Of a stretch of 64,000 nt of DNA, positions 21,989 to 32,692 are shown piece after piece. The translations under genes were made by a program, and so were the position numbers. Origin of the DNA: Clostridium sp. (lineage in GTDB: Bacteria > Bacillota > Clostridia > Clostridiales > Clostridiaceae); contig NZ_JBKEEV010000007.1 in the NCBI RefSeq assembly GCF_047777555.1, positions 7,877-71,876 of the forward strand. Reading direction: 5' to 3'. The notes under the pieces are model-generated. The model did not search any database, was not told the DNA's origin, and saw only the letters and a list, made by a program, of their open reading frames with translations. Position 1 is the stretch's first letter; each line of letters opens with the position of its first letter.

Positions 21989-23245
21989 CTAATTTTCTAT
22001 TTTAACAGTAATCTTCTTACAGTTAGGATGCTTTTCAAATAATGCTTTTGTAAGCTTCACTGTTTCCATTTCTCCTGGAGTTAATATTCTCTTCTTCATA
22101 TGCATTTCACGTACATCATCAAAGTAAACAGAAACATAGCTATCTTTATAAACATCTCCAACTCTAAATCTTACATCTACAAGTTTTTCTACATTTTCAG
22201 GATTTATAAACTTTGGAACTGTGTATCTTGGTCCATTTTCTGCAACTATCTCGATTCCATCCTTAGTGAAAGTTTGACCATTTATATATTTTGCAGCATT
22301 TTTTCCTGCATTTATACTTTCTTCTGTAACGAAGTCAACTAAATCATGAACGTGAAGAACGTTTCCGCAAGCAAACACTCCTTCTATATTAGTTTGAAGA
22401 CTTTCATTTACTATTGGTCCCCCTGTAATAGGAGATAACTCTACATCTGCTTTTGTAGATAATTCATTTTCTGGAACAAGACCTACAGATAAAAGTAAAG
22501 TATCACATGGTATATATTCTTCTGTTCCTTTTATAGGCTTTCTGTTTTCATCAACCTTTGCTATAGTAACTCCTTCTAATCTTTCTTTTCCTTTGATATT
22601 AGTAACAGTATGAGAAAGTTTTAGTGGAATTCCAAAGTCATCTAGGCATTGTACAATATTTCTCTTAAGTCCACCTGAGTAAGGCATAAGTTCTACAACT
22701 GCTTTAACCTTTGCTCCTTCTAAAGTCATTCTTCTTGCCATTATAAGTCCTATATCTCCAGAACCAAGGATAACAACTTCTTTACCTGGCATATATCCAT
22801 CTATATTAACAAACTTTTGTGCAGCTCCTGCTGAATATATACCTGCACATCTACTTCCTGGAATGTTTATAGCTCCTCTTGGCCTTTCGCGGCATCCCAT
22901 AGCTAAAATTATAGCTTTAGCTTTGATTTCTAAAATTCCATCTTCTTCATTAACTGCTGTTATAATCTTATCATTGTTTATATCTATAACCATAGTATTT
23001 AATTTGTATGGTATCTTCATATCTTGTACTTTATCAACGAACCTTTGTGCATATTCTGGTCCTGTGAGTTCTTCCTTAAAAGTGTGGAGTCCAAAACCAT
23101 TGTGGATGCATTGATTCAATATTCCACCAAGACGGTTGTCTCTTTCTAATATTAAAATATCTTGTATACCTTCTTCTCTCGCACCTATTGCAGCTGCAAG
23201 ACCTGCAGGGCCTCCCCCTATTATTACTACATCATGTTCTCTCAT
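21989..23245 (-). CDS. FAD/NAD(P)-dependent oxidoreductase (copy 2)
   Basis: 418 aa with the same motif set as 13416-14675. Confidence 0.85.
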   Translation of the reverse strand: MREHDVVIIGGGPAGLAAAIGAREEGIQDILILERDNRLGGILNQCIHNGFGLHTFKEELTGPEYAQRFVDKVQDMKIPYKLNTMVIDINNDKIITAVNEEDGILEIKAKAIILAMGCRERPRGAINIPGSRCAGIYSAGAAQKFVNIDGYMPGKEVVILGSGDIGLIMARRMTLEGAKVKAVVELMPYSGGLKRNIVQCLDDFGIPLKLSHTVTNIKGKERLEGVTIAKVDENRKPIKGTEEYIPCDTLLLSVGLVPENELSTKADVELSPITGGPIVNESLQTNIEGVFACGNVLHVHDLVDFVTEESINAGKNAAKYINGQTFTKDGIEIVAENGPRYTVPKFINPENVEKLVDVRFRVGDVYKDSYVSVYFDDVREMHMKKRILTPGEMETVKLTKALFEKHPNCKKITVKIEN

Positions 23246-23295
23246 TTTTCACTCCTCCAAACTCATAGATATATTAGCTATACTAACTTGAAGCA

Positions 23296-24729
23296 CTAAA
23301 TCTCCTTATTTTCTCCTATTAAAAGCTTAGAATTTCCACCAAACTTGGTAATTTCAGTTTCAGGTACTCCCAATTCTTTTGATAGAATTGCAACTACCTT
23401 AGTTGAGCAGAAACCTGATTGACATCTTCCCATACCTGCTCTTGTTCTTCTCTTAACCGCATCTAGGTTTCTTGCACCAAGAGGTCTTCTTATAGCATTT
23501 AAAATCTCGCCTTCTGTAACTGTTTCACATCTGCATACTATCTTTCCATAAGCTGAATCTTTAGCTATAAGCTCTTTTCTTTCCTCATTGCTCATTTCTC
23601 TAAATTTAGGAATTCCATGTCTTATAGGATTAAAGTTTTCATTTTTAGCTGGTGATAGCTTGTCTACTACTATACCTTCAACCATTTCTGCTATAGCTGG
23701 TGCACTTGAAAGTCCTGGTGACTCTATTCCAGCTACATTTATAAATCCTTCAACGTCTTCAGCTTCCCCAATTATAAAGTCATCTGCTGTACAATGAGCT
23801 CTAAGTCCTGAGAAAGAAGTTATTACTTGTTTCATTGGAATTTGCTTTAATGTTAACTTAGCTCTATCTAATACATCATCTAATCCTTCTTGAGTTGTAC
23901 TTAAGTCAGTTTTATCTTCTATATCTACTGCATTTGGTCCTATAAGCAAGTTTCCATCTACTGTTGGTGTTACTAATACCCCTTTACCCATCTTAGTTGG
24001 CAATTGGAAAAGAGTTCTTTCAGCCATTGAACCTGCTGCTTTGTCGAATAGACAATATTCCCCTTTTCTTGGTATTATCTTTATTTTATTCTTGCTAACC
24101 ATATTATTTAACTCATCAGAGAATAATCCTGCTGCATTTATAACTAATTTACTTTCAACATTTCCATTATTTGTTTCTAAAATAAATCCATTTTCAGTCT
24201 TTTTTATATTTTTAACTTCTGTATTAAGTTTAAATTCAACTCCATTTTCATATGCGTTTTCAGCATAAGCTATAGTCATTTCATAAGGACATACAATACC
24301 GCCTGTTGGTGCATATAGAGCGGCTGCTACATTTTCATTTAGACTTGGTTCTAATTCTAATAGCTTGTCCTTGCCTAATATTTGAATGTCAGGCACTCCG
24401 TTAGCTTCTCCCTTTTGTTTTAATTCATCTAATTTGTCAACTTCATTTTCATCAAAGCATAAAACCAAAGAACCATTTCTTTTAAATGGAAAGTCTAATT
24501 CTTTTGATAACTTATCAAACATAGCATTTCCTTTAGCATTCAATTTTCCCTTTAAAGTGTTTGGTTTTGCATCAAAACCAGCATGTACTATTGCACTATT
24601 TGCCTTTGATGTTCCTGTTGCCACATCAGAACCTTTTTCTAATACACAAGTCTTTAAATTGTACTTTGATAATTCCCTTGCAATACCGCTTCCAACAACT
24701 CCAGCTCCAACAATAACCACATCAAACAT
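23296..24729 (-). CDS. FAD-dependent glycerol-3-phosphate dehydrogenase/oxidase-like protein (copy 2)
   Basis: 477 aa, paralog of 14705-16138 with the same BFD-like Cys motif. Confidence 0.85.
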   Translation of the reverse strand: MFDVVIVGAGVVGSGIARELSKYNLKTCVLEKGSDVATGTSKANSAIVHAGFDAKPNTLKGKLNAKGNAMFDKLSKELDFPFKRNGSLVLCFDENEVDKLDELKQKGEANGVPDIQILGKDKLLELEPSLNENVAAALYAPTGGIVCPYEMTIAYAENAYENGVEFKLNTEVKNIKKTENGFILETNNGNVESKLVINAAGLFSDELNNMVSKNKIKIIPRKGEYCLFDKAAGSMAERTLFQLPTKMGKGVLVTPTVDGNLLIGPNAVDIEDKTDLSTTQEGLDDVLDRAKLTLKQIPMKQVITSFSGLRAHCTADDFIIGEAEDVEGFINVAGIESPGLSSAPAIAEMVEGIVVDKLSPAKNENFNPIRHGIPKFREMSNEERKELIAKDSAYGKIVCRCETVTEGEILNAIRRPLGARNLDAVKRRTRAGMGRCQSGFCSTKVVAILSKELGVPETEITKFGGNSKLLIGENKEI

Positions 24730-24747
24730 ATTATACCTCCTATCTTA

Positions 24748-24822
24748 AATAAAAAAGGCCATAATTCCAAAAGATATTCAAAGATAATATCTTTTAAAAT
24801 TATGGCTCTCTATACTCTGGCC
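24748..24822 (-). promoter_or_regulatory. Leader terminator/antiterminator of dehydrogenase operon copy 2
   Basis: Stem ggccataatt 24757-24766 with aattatggc 24798-24806, plus the inner stem aaaagatatt/aatatctttt. U-run follows. Motif ggctctctatactctggcc at 24804-24822. Confidence 0.5.
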
Positions 24823-24916
24823 TTTTCATATTATATTTTATGATTTTATTATATCATCATATATTTTTACAGTCAACACCTTATTTAAACCTTTTCATAC
24901 ATTTTTCTATAGTTTT

Positions 24917-25483
24917 TTACATTTCCCATATTTCTTCTCTACTTGTAGATATACCCATAGCACCAGCTTTAAGACTTTCAATAACATCCTCTTTATCTAT
25001 GATAAGTCCTCCTGCGATTATAGGAACCTTTGTTTGACCTTTTATTTTTCTTGTTATCTTTGGCATAATGCCCGGCATGATCTCTACCGCATCTGGTCTT
25101 ATGCTGTTTATAGAATTCACTCCAGTTTCTAGGGATAAGTTATCTATCATAAAGAGTCTCTGTATACAAAACATGTTCATTTCCTTAGATATCTTAACTA
25201 AATTTGATTTCGTTGTTATAATTCCACTGGGATTTACTTTTTCTTTCATATACTTTATAGCAAAAGCATCTTTTCCAAACCCATCCATTAAATCCATATG
25301 TACATATATATTTTTACCCTCTGCTTTCACTTTATTTACTATATTTTCAATATTGCATATGTTTCCTTTTAGAAGAAAAATAACCTCGCTTGGGGACTTA
25401 ATAGCTCTTTCTAAAGCCTTTTCATCTTTAACTGCGGCAATTATAGGATTAATACTCAGTTTGTCATAAAATTCACTTTTCAT
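24917..25483 (-). CDS. glpP: Glycerol uptake operon antiterminator GlpP (copy 2)
   Basis: Paralog of 16388-16954. ATG at 25483 follows a GGAGAAGGA RBS. Confidence 0.8.
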   Translation of the reverse strand: MKSEFYDKLSINPIIAAVKDEKALERAIKSPSEVIFLLKGNICNIENIVNKVKAEGKNIYVHMDLMDGFGKDAFAIKYMKEKVNPSGIITTKSNLVKISKEMNMFCIQRLFMIDNLSLETGVNSINSIRPDAVEIMPGIMPKITRKIKGQTKVPIIAGGLIIDKEDVIESLKAGAMGISTSREEIWEM

Positions 25484-25750
25484 ACTTTCCTTCTCCAATC
25501 TGTAAAAAAATATATAAAATCTTTATATTTTTTTATGTTTATAATTGATGTTATTATATCCCTATTTTACTTTCAGTTCAATAATATTCAACCATTACTA
25601 TATTGCCAAAAATTTTCATCATTCATTTTATTATTGATAAAACTGCACATACTTTATATTGTAACCATATTATATATAAAAACTTATTGATAATTACTAT
25701 TATTTAATATATACTATTAATAACAAATTTTACTTGCGGAGGTTGTTAAT

Positions 25751-26698
25751 ATGGCAATTAATAATGCAAAAATATCTGTAATAGGCGCTGGTTTTGTAGG
25801 TTCTACTACGGCTTATGCTTTAACACTACAAAATGCAGCTTCAGAAATAGTTTTAGTAGATATAAATGAGGATAAGTCAAAGGCTGAAGCTTTGGATATC
25901 GCCCATGCCACTTCTGCTTTAGGAGATATAGAGGTAAGGCCTGGTAACTATAAAGAAACTAAGGATTCTGACATTGTTATTATAACTGCTGGAGTTGGCC
26001 CAAAACTTGGGGAAACAAGACTTGACATTGTAAATAAGAATCTAAAAGTTTTTAAATCTATGATACCTGAGATTGTGAAATATAGTCCTAATGCCATACT
26101 TTTAGTAGTATCAAATCCAGTAGATATATTAACTTATATGACTTATAAGCTTTCTGGTTTTCCTAAGAATAGAGTTTTAGGTTCTGGCACAGTTCTTGAT
26201 ACCTTAAGGTTAAAATATACTATTGAAAAAAAATACGACATTGATTCTAAAGATATTGATACTTTAATAATTGGAGAACATGGCGATTCTCAAGTTGCTC
26301 TCTGGAGCCAAACTAATATTCATGGAATACCAATTGACTCATATTTTAAGGCTATAAATAGGGAGTTTCATAAAAATGTAAGAGAAGAGATTGCAGAAGC
26401 TGTTAAAGAGGCTGGATATCATATCATTCAAGGTAAGGGGTATACAAACTTTGGAGTTGCCATAGCTGTAACTAGAATAGTAAAAGCTATTCTTAATGAT
26501 GAAAATGCACTGCTCCCAGTTTCATCCCTATATACTGGAGAATATGGTATAGAAGATATCTATCTTGGAGCTCCATGCATGGTAGGTAGGATTGGAGTAA
26601 AAAGGATATTCCAGATACCTATAGATGAAGATGAACTTGCGCAGCTTAAGGCATCATCAGATAATCTAAAAACATTGACCAGAGACCTAAATATATAA
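25751..26698 (+). CDS. ldh: L-lactate dehydrogenase
   Basis: 315 aa with the NAD-binding motif ISVIGAGFVGS and the IGEHGDS catalytic loop. Confidence 0.9.
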   Translation: MAINNAKISVIGAGFVGSTTAYALTLQNAASEIVLVDINEDKSKAEALDIAHATSALGDIEVRPGNYKETKDSDIVIITAGVGPKLGETRLDIVNKNLKVFKSMIPEIVKYSPNAILLVVSNPVDILTYMTYKLSGFPKNRVLGSGTVLDTLRLKYTIEKKYDIDSKDIDTLIIGEHGDSQVALWSQTNIHGIPIDSYFKAINREFHKNVREEIAEAVKEAGYHIIQGKGYTNFGVAIAVTRIVKAILNDENALLPVSSLYTGEYGIEDIYLGAPCMVGRIGVKRIFQIPIDEDELAQLKASSDNLKTLTRDLNI

Positions 26699-26773
26699 TT
26701 AAGGTTGAGTTCTAAAAATCAAGAATAGGCTTTCAAATACAATATCTATCGGAAGTCTATTCTTAACTATATA

Positions 26774-27754
26774 TTATAGTATAACTTCCTCTATAAATAG
26801 AGTTAGACTTTGTAGTAGATTGTAAAAGTTAAACTTTCCATCTTTTTTTACCTGCACTATGGGTCTTGTAGAAGCATTTTTGTTTTGAGCTATAACTAAT
26901 CCATCTAGACCATTGTTTAGCTTCACATGAAGTCCATTAGGATAACAATAAACGGAGCTTGCAAAATCTCTATATACATCCTCATCATAAGAAGATATTG
27001 CTTCAGCACCTATTTTCTCCATAGCTTCATGAGGTAGTATACCTTCTTCATCATTCAAATACTTAATATATTGATTGCATATGCTAACTATTTTAGATAA
27101 TTCAAATATCTTATCTCCATTAATTCCTAATAATCCTGTTCCATCCTTCTTTTCATAAAGTTCATATACACACATATAAGAAAGTGGACTAAACAGAGTA
27201 TTTCTCTTTAACATTTTATATCCAATCTCTACATGTCTCTTTTCTTTAGTAAATAATTTTCCTATATCATGTAACAAGGCTCCTATGGCTAAGTTAACCA
27301 TTTTCTTTTCATTATATTTTCTCTTTGAACCAACCATAATTGACAACGCAGCTACATCTAGACTATGAACAGCTAATTTAGATATCTCATCTCTAGGAAC
27401 TAGATTATTTATAATTACAGCATTCTCTGATAAATTTATGTTTTCTATCAGTTCATTTACTATATTAACTACTTTGTTATAATCTACTTCCTTACTGCTT
27501 TTAACCTCATCAAACAGTGCTTTTAATGACTTTATAAGTCCCATTCTTATTTGAGTAGGTATTACTTCCTGTAGTGTTATACCGTCATTGCCATCATCTA
27601 TGTAAACAGTATTTATACCTATTCCTCTTAATCTTTTTATTATAGATTCCGAAAAAACACTACCTTTTCTTAAAAACATAACTCCATCTTCTGTGTAAAT
27701 ACTACTTCCTAATCTTTCTCCGACTAATTTAGTATTTAATATTACAAGTTTCAT
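26774..27754 (-). CDS. HD-domain protein, HD-GYP-like with a degenerate GYP region
   Basis: LLHDIGKLF HD motif. The region where HHExxDGxGYP is expected reads YELYEKKDGTGLLG. ATG at 27754 follows a GAAGGGGTG RBS. Confidence 0.7.
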   Translation of the reverse strand: MKLVILNTKLVGERLGSSIYTEDGVMFLRKGSVFSESIIKRLRGIGINTVYIDDGNDGITLQEVIPTQIRMGLIKSLKALFDEVKSSKEVDYNKVVNIVNELIENINLSENAVIINNLVPRDEISKLAVHSLDVAALSIMVGSKRKYNEKKMVNLAIGALLHDIGKLFTKEKRHVEIGYKMLKRNTLFSPLSYMCVYELYEKKDGTGLLGINGDKIFELSKIVSICNQYIKYLNDEEGILPHEAMEKIGAEAISSYDEDVYRDFASSVYCYPNGLHVKLNNGLDGLVIAQNKNASTRPIVQVKKDGKFNFYNLLQSLTLFIEEVIL

Positions 27755-27882
27755 TGGAACACCCCTTCTTAGTACGATGCATATATTCTTATATTTAGAC
27801 CTTTTAAATATTATAATATAGTCTTTACGGATTAAAAAGCCGCATATCAATTAATTATCGAAAAAAAATTTAATAAATTTAG

Positions 27883-29688
27883 TTACTCCTCTACATCTAT
27901 TCCTGCCATTTTTATAAGATATATGGCATTTCTTGTCGTAGAAACTCCTTTTTGAAGCTTATAATCAAAATATATCTTACCATCCTTATAATACTCTGTA
28001 AAATGATAATTTTTTATCCTTCCGCCGCTTTCTTTTTCTAATTCTTCCAACTCTAAATCATGAGTTGATACAAGTCCTAAAGCACCTTCTTTATTTAGTT
28101 TATTTATTAAGATTTTTGCACCTGTATGCCTATCCGTAGAATTAGTCCCCTTGAATATCTCATCAAGCAGAAAAAATATTTGTTTATCCCCCTTAGAAGC
28201 TTCTACTATTTTCTTTATCCTTAAAAGCTCTGCATAGAAAGAAGAAATATTTTTCTCCAAGTCATCACTCACCCTCATACATGTATAAATGTCCATTATA
28301 GAACATAGAAATTCTTTAGCACAAACAGATGCACCTGCATAAGCTAAAACCAAATTTATACCTGCTGTTCTAAGCAAAGTACTCTTACCAGACATGTTAG
28401 AACCTGTAATCAAAAGAATAGTTGAAGGTTTTTCAATTTTTAGATCGTTACATACTCTATCTTTAGTAAGCAGCGGGTGCCCCATTTCTTTAGCTGAAAG
28501 TAAAGGAGTATTTTCTATAAATTTAGGCAACACCCATTCTGGATTATCATGTTTTATAATAGCTAAGCTTCCTAGGGCCTCAATCTCTGCTATGCTATTG
28601 AGCCAACTTTTTATAAACTTACCAGAATTTCTTTTCCATGTTTCCAGAAGCCTCATATATCTATAATCAGAAAGGGTAAGTATATTTATTATAGAGTAAT
28701 AGGCATTTCTTCGACCTGACACCTTGTCTTCTATAATTGATAGTTTTCTTATCTGTCCTGAAGCTACTTCTCCCATGTCATTTATTAAATTACTCTTTAC
28801 ATTTTTTATATGAGTGGAATGGAATTGTTCTTTTTCTAATATCTTAAGCATACCATAGTAAGTTTTTATATTTTCCTTATACTTATCAACATTCCCAAGT
28901 GTTCTACTTCTATTTTCATTGTCCCACATAAGTATCCCTATATTAATGCTTATCATTAAAGCTGCTAAATAATAAGGGGCTTTAGTAATAAAGGGCAGTA
29001 GTACAATTGCCATAGTAACAAAAGGCCATATATATACCATAATTTTTACTAAAGAAGTGCAATAAAAATTATTTTTACTGATTCCCCAAGAAAATAAATC
29101 CTCTGGATTATGCATATCTTTTTGATTTATCATGCCGTTAGCTATAAAAGCCTGCCTAAAATCCAGTTTTTCCGCTAGCTCCTCTACAGCCTCCTGCCTT
29201 CTTTGAATATCATCTATTTCCATGCTTGGATTTTCAAGAAGTTTTCTTAACCTTTCTCTTCCTAAATAAGTTACTGTTGAATTAATCCATTGAAAAAGAG
29301 AGCCTTTGCCGAATATATCCAAGTCCTTTGAATATCTATGTTCATCACTTATAAATTCCTTCCCTATATCGCTGAATTCCTTCCATTCTCCATTTATTCT
29401 TTTTATCGACTTATCATTTATATGCCACAATGCATCCATAAGCCCTTTATTTTCTATTGCTCTGTTATGTATCTTTACCAATATGATAAAGCATATCAAA
29501 AATATAAAAAATGTAATTATAGCCAAATGGTAATTTTGAGTCAAGTAGTAAAATAAAGTACCCACAACACCTAGTAAAAAAAATATAAGCCTTAGATTAC
29601 TTATTAGAGTTATTTTAGTGCCCTCTTTCTTCAATAAATCTTCATAATATCTTCTTCTTTCCTCATATTTATCTTCTATAGTATTCAA
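27883..29688 (-). CDS. MutS-related ATPase with an N-terminal membrane domain
   Basis: 601 aa with hydrophobic N-terminal helices. MutS domain V motifs: ITGSNMSGKSTLLR, LLDEIFKGTNSTDR, STHDLEL. Confidence 0.8.
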   Translation of the reverse strand: MNTIEDKYEERRRYYEDLLKKEGTKITLISNLRLIFFLLGVVGTLFYYLTQNYHLAIITFFIFLICFIILVKIHNRAIENKGLMDALWHINDKSIKRINGEWKEFSDIGKEFISDEHRYSKDLDIFGKGSLFQWINSTVTYLGRERLRKLLENPSMEIDDIQRRQEAVEELAEKLDFRQAFIANGMINQKDMHNPEDLFSWGISKNNFYCTSLVKIMVYIWPFVTMAIVLLPFITKAPYYLAALMISINIGILMWDNENRSRTLGNVDKYKENIKTYYGMLKILEKEQFHSTHIKNVKSNLINDMGEVASGQIRKLSIIEDKVSGRRNAYYSIINILTLSDYRYMRLLETWKRNSGKFIKSWLNSIAEIEALGSLAIIKHDNPEWVLPKFIENTPLLSAKEMGHPLLTKDRVCNDLKIEKPSTILLITGSNMSGKSTLLRTAGINLVLAYAGASVCAKEFLCSIMDIYTCMRVSDDLEKNISSFYAELLRIKKIVEASKGDKQIFFLLDEIFKGTNSTDRHTGAKILINKLNKEGALGLVSTHDLELEELEKESGGRIKNYHFTEYYKDGKIYFDYKLQKGVSTTRNAIYLIKMAGIDVEE

Positions 29689-29936
29689 TAATTGATACCC
29701 CCCAACTATCAGTTTAACTTTAGGTTATCCTTGTTCTTATTTTAAGCTATTTCTAATAAAGCTCAATACCTTATCTCTGTAATTTAATTATATTATAATA
29801 TTTATCTCATTGTATATTTTTAACAAATACACAATAACCATCTTTAAATAAATTTATTTCGGCAGCTATTCTCTTCTTCAATAAATACTTGTCCAATATA
29901 AATTTATTAAGGTATAATTTAGACTGGTGATAGATT

Positions 29937-30209
29937 ATGTGTTATGTATACATACTTGAATGTTCTGATAAAACCTTATATACAGGCTGGACTAACAATC
30001 TTAATAAAAGAATAGAAACCCACTCTAAAGGAAAAGGTGCAAAATACACAAGGGCTAGACTTCCTGTTAAACTTGTGTATTTTGAAGAGTTTGAAGATAA
30101 AATCTCTGCTCAAAGGCGGGAATATGCTATAAAGCAATTAAGTAGGAAAAAAAAGCTAGAACTTATTGTAAATGGCTCACTAATATCTACAAATCAGTTT
30201 AAGAAATAG
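29937..30209 (+). CDS. GIY-YIG nuclease-family small protein
   Basis: 90 aa: YVYILECSDKTLYTGWTNNLNKRIETH...REYAIK. Confidence 0.8.
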   Translation: MCYVYILECSDKTLYTGWTNNLNKRIETHSKGKGAKYTRARLPVKLVYFEEFEDKISAQRREYAIKQLSRKKKLELIVNGSLISTNQFKK

Positions 30210-30356
30210 CCCAATTATCATCCTTATTAATTTGTTCAAGCTCCTTGAAAATAATTCTACCATCCTTAACAATAGTTCTAGGCAGGTCAAAGGATTCCAC
30301 TGATATTTGATAAGATGAAGGAGTAATAGGTTCATATTTTAGATATAAGCTGATTT

Positions 30357-30896
30357 TCACTTCATTTCCTCAGATTTCAAATACAACTCTTCAAGCTCAT
30401 TCTTTGGCATAAGCCATTGAACCAAGAACCCCATAATTATTATTCCTGGAAGATCTACAAGAAATCTTACTAATGTAAACTCATATCCTAAAGCCGAAAT
30501 TTCAAACATTAATGTAGTTATCTTTGTTACACACCAGGCATTCATAAATATTATTATGTTGCTGAATTTTACGCCCTTCCTTAGAAGCACTGGTATAAAA
30601 GGAAAAGCAGCATACATAGGTCCTGCCGCTATAGAGCCAATGAGTACAGCAAGACTTATTCCTAAAAGTCCAGATTCATCCCCCATATATTTCATCATAG
30701 ACTCCCTTGGAATCCATACATCCATAAGACCCAATAAAACCATAATTGGAGGAACTACAGATGCCATTTGCACAAAGCTAGAACCTGCTGTTTTAAAAGT
30801 CTTTAAGCCTATTTCCTTATCTATAGCCGTAGTAATAACCACTATAATGAAAAAAATTATAAAAAATCTGTATCTCCTTATTATCTTTTTAATCAT
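30357..30896 (-). CDS. Permease, DUF318/ArsP-like, C-terminal half of a two-gene pair
   Basis: 179 aa polytopic membrane protein. Its start overlaps the stop of the upstream half by 4 nt. Confidence 0.65.
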   Translation of the reverse strand: MIKKIIRRYRFFIIFFIIVVITTAIDKEIGLKTFKTAGSSFVQMASVVPPIMVLLGLMDVWIPRESMMKYMGDESGLLGISLAVLIGSIAAGPMYAAFPFIPVLLRKGVKFSNIIIFMNAWCVTKITTLMFEISALGYEFTLVRFLVDLPGIIIMGFLVQWLMPKNELEELYLKSEEMK

Positions 30897-31378
30897 AACA
30901 TTCCAGCCACCTTTCCAAAGACAAAAGCTACTACAAATGAAAATAAGAATGCTACAAAATTTCTATAAAATGCAGCCTTCTTCCCTATATATTGAGCTTC
31001 TAATGGAAAAGTTACTAAACCAACTAAAGTTAAAGCAGATACAAGAGCTCCAACTTGAGCATATCCTGCCCCATTTTTAAGAAGCATATCTGCTGTGGAA
31101 AAAGCTACAAAGGTAGGCATTAGAGTTATGCCTCCTATTACAGCTGAAATTGCCACTCCAAATATTCCAGATTCTTTTCCTATTATTTTAGATATTAACT
31201 CTGGATCAACAGCAGCTAAAATCAATCCAACTACAAGAATTATACATAAAAACTGAGGCATTATTCCTTCAAAAGACCTCCATGCCTTTCTTAAAGCTTC
31301 TTTAGTTTTATTCCTGTCCTCTATATATGAAATAAAAAGCAGTACCAAAGCAATACCATAAAGAATAAAAGCAGTCAC
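30893..31378 (-). CDS. Permease, DUF318/ArsP-like, N-terminal half of a two-gene pair
   Basis: 161 aa polytopic membrane protein. Confidence 0.65.
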   Translation of the reverse strand: MTAFILYGIALVLLFISYIEDRNKTKEALRKAWRSFEGIMPQFLCIILVVGLILAAVDPELISKIIGKESGIFGVAISAVIGGITLMPTFVAFSTADMLLKNGAGYAQVGALVSALTLVGLVTFPLEAQYIGKKAAFYRNFVAFLFSFVVAFVFGKVAGML

Positions 31379-31572
31379 ATTCTTCTCCCCTATACGATTG
31401 TTTCATTAATATTGTATGCTTAGTAAAAATAAATTGATAAAATATGAATAAAGTTATTATAATCTTTAAAGAAACTTATTAGAATGTTTTAATACACTTT
31501 ACATAATGGAATTATTGAGTTCATATTTGCTATTTATAATTTAAAACAAGCTCTTTAGGAACAGCAAAAATT

Positions 31573-31627
31573 AAAAAGGAAATTATATTAATTCCTTCCC
31601 CATCTCAATTAATATAATTTCCTTTTT
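31573..31627. repeat. Perfect 21-bp inverted repeat (bidirectional terminator-like hairpin)
   Basis: aaaaaggaaattatattaatt (31573-31593) and aattaatataatttccttttt (31607-31627), with a 13-nt C-rich loop. Confidence 0.7.
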
Positions 31628-31745
31628 TGCTAAATCTCAAAAGGTTTTTTAAACAGCTCTTGCTATAATATTTATTGCAGATTAATTATCAATAAAAAGC
31701 TGTTGTATCCCTTTCCCTAGGATATAACAGCCTTTTATTATATTT

Positions 31746-32372
31746 CTATTTCAAGTATAAGTTTACGTTAACTATATCTTTCCCTATTTGTATGAAGTTC
31801 TGCAGTGTAAGGTAAGCCTTTGCATCAAATTTAAGCCCTTTTTCTAACATACCTTTGGCCTCTTCTTGTGACACAAGCATAACTTCTATTTCCTCATCTT
31901 CTTCTAAATATTCACCAGATACTTCTCCTTCGCATAAGCAATACACTAAAGCCATAGACTCATCTGTCATTCCTCCAGATGCATATATAGGTGCTATTTT
32001 TTTTGTACTATCAATAGCTGCTAATTTTAATCCTGTCTCCTCCTTGAGTTCCCTTTCTGCAGCTGCGAGCACATCTTCGCCTTCATCTATAAGCCCTGCT
32101 GGCAGTTCATATATATAATCATTAACAGGCACTCTAAATTGTTTTAATAATACTAACTTATTCAAATCTTTATGAAGTGCCACTATCACTACTGCATCAG
32201 CCTTTTCTTTTTTATTATCAAATATTTGAGCCTCTAAAGTCTCTTTAGTCTTTCTAGAAGCCATAGTCCAATGGTTTACGTTACCCTTTTTATTTATATA
32301 TTCAGCATCATATAAACTTAAAAATTTAGTATTTGCTAATGTTTCTATTTTATTAATTTTTGTTCTTCCCAT
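31746..32372 (-). CDS. Nudix hydrolase (ADP-ribose pyrophosphatase-like)
   Basis: 208 aa with the Nudix box GLIDEGEDVLAAAERELKEETG. A terminator hairpin lies at ~31703-31742. Confidence 0.85.
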   Translation of the reverse strand: MGRTKINKIETLANTKFLSLYDAEYINKKGNVNHWTMASRKTKETLEAQIFDNKKEKADAVVIVALHKDLNKLVLLKQFRVPVNDYIYELPAGLIDEGEDVLAAAERELKEETGLKLAAIDSTKKIAPIYASGGMTDESMALVYCLCEGEVSGEYLEEDEEIEVMLVSQEEAKGMLEKGLKFDAKAYLTLQNFIQIGKDIVNVNLYLK

Positions 32373-32692
32373 TATCCAATTCTCCTATTATAAATTTTAT
32401 TTTATAAATATCTTTTCTCACGCCAATATTGTCTCCATATTTATATATTATACCACACAAAAAATATGGTTAAAATTAACCAGTACAAAAGGAATTTAAG
32501 ATTCTTAAATTGAGTTGTTTTGACTAAATTATACATAATACTACATCTTGAGGTATTGAAACATATTTTTAATTGTAGTAAAATTACTAAGGCTTTTGTT
32601 CTATATTTGTATAATTATGGCCCAAATGTCGAATCATATAGAATTATAAGCGATTATTATGTTCAACTTATTACATATAATGGGAGGAAAAA

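Noticed and set aside
25499-25750. Rex-type operator upstream of ldh
   Set aside because: Only weak half-site-like TTGATAA sequences occur in a very AT-rich spacer. This is not distinguishable from background by eye.
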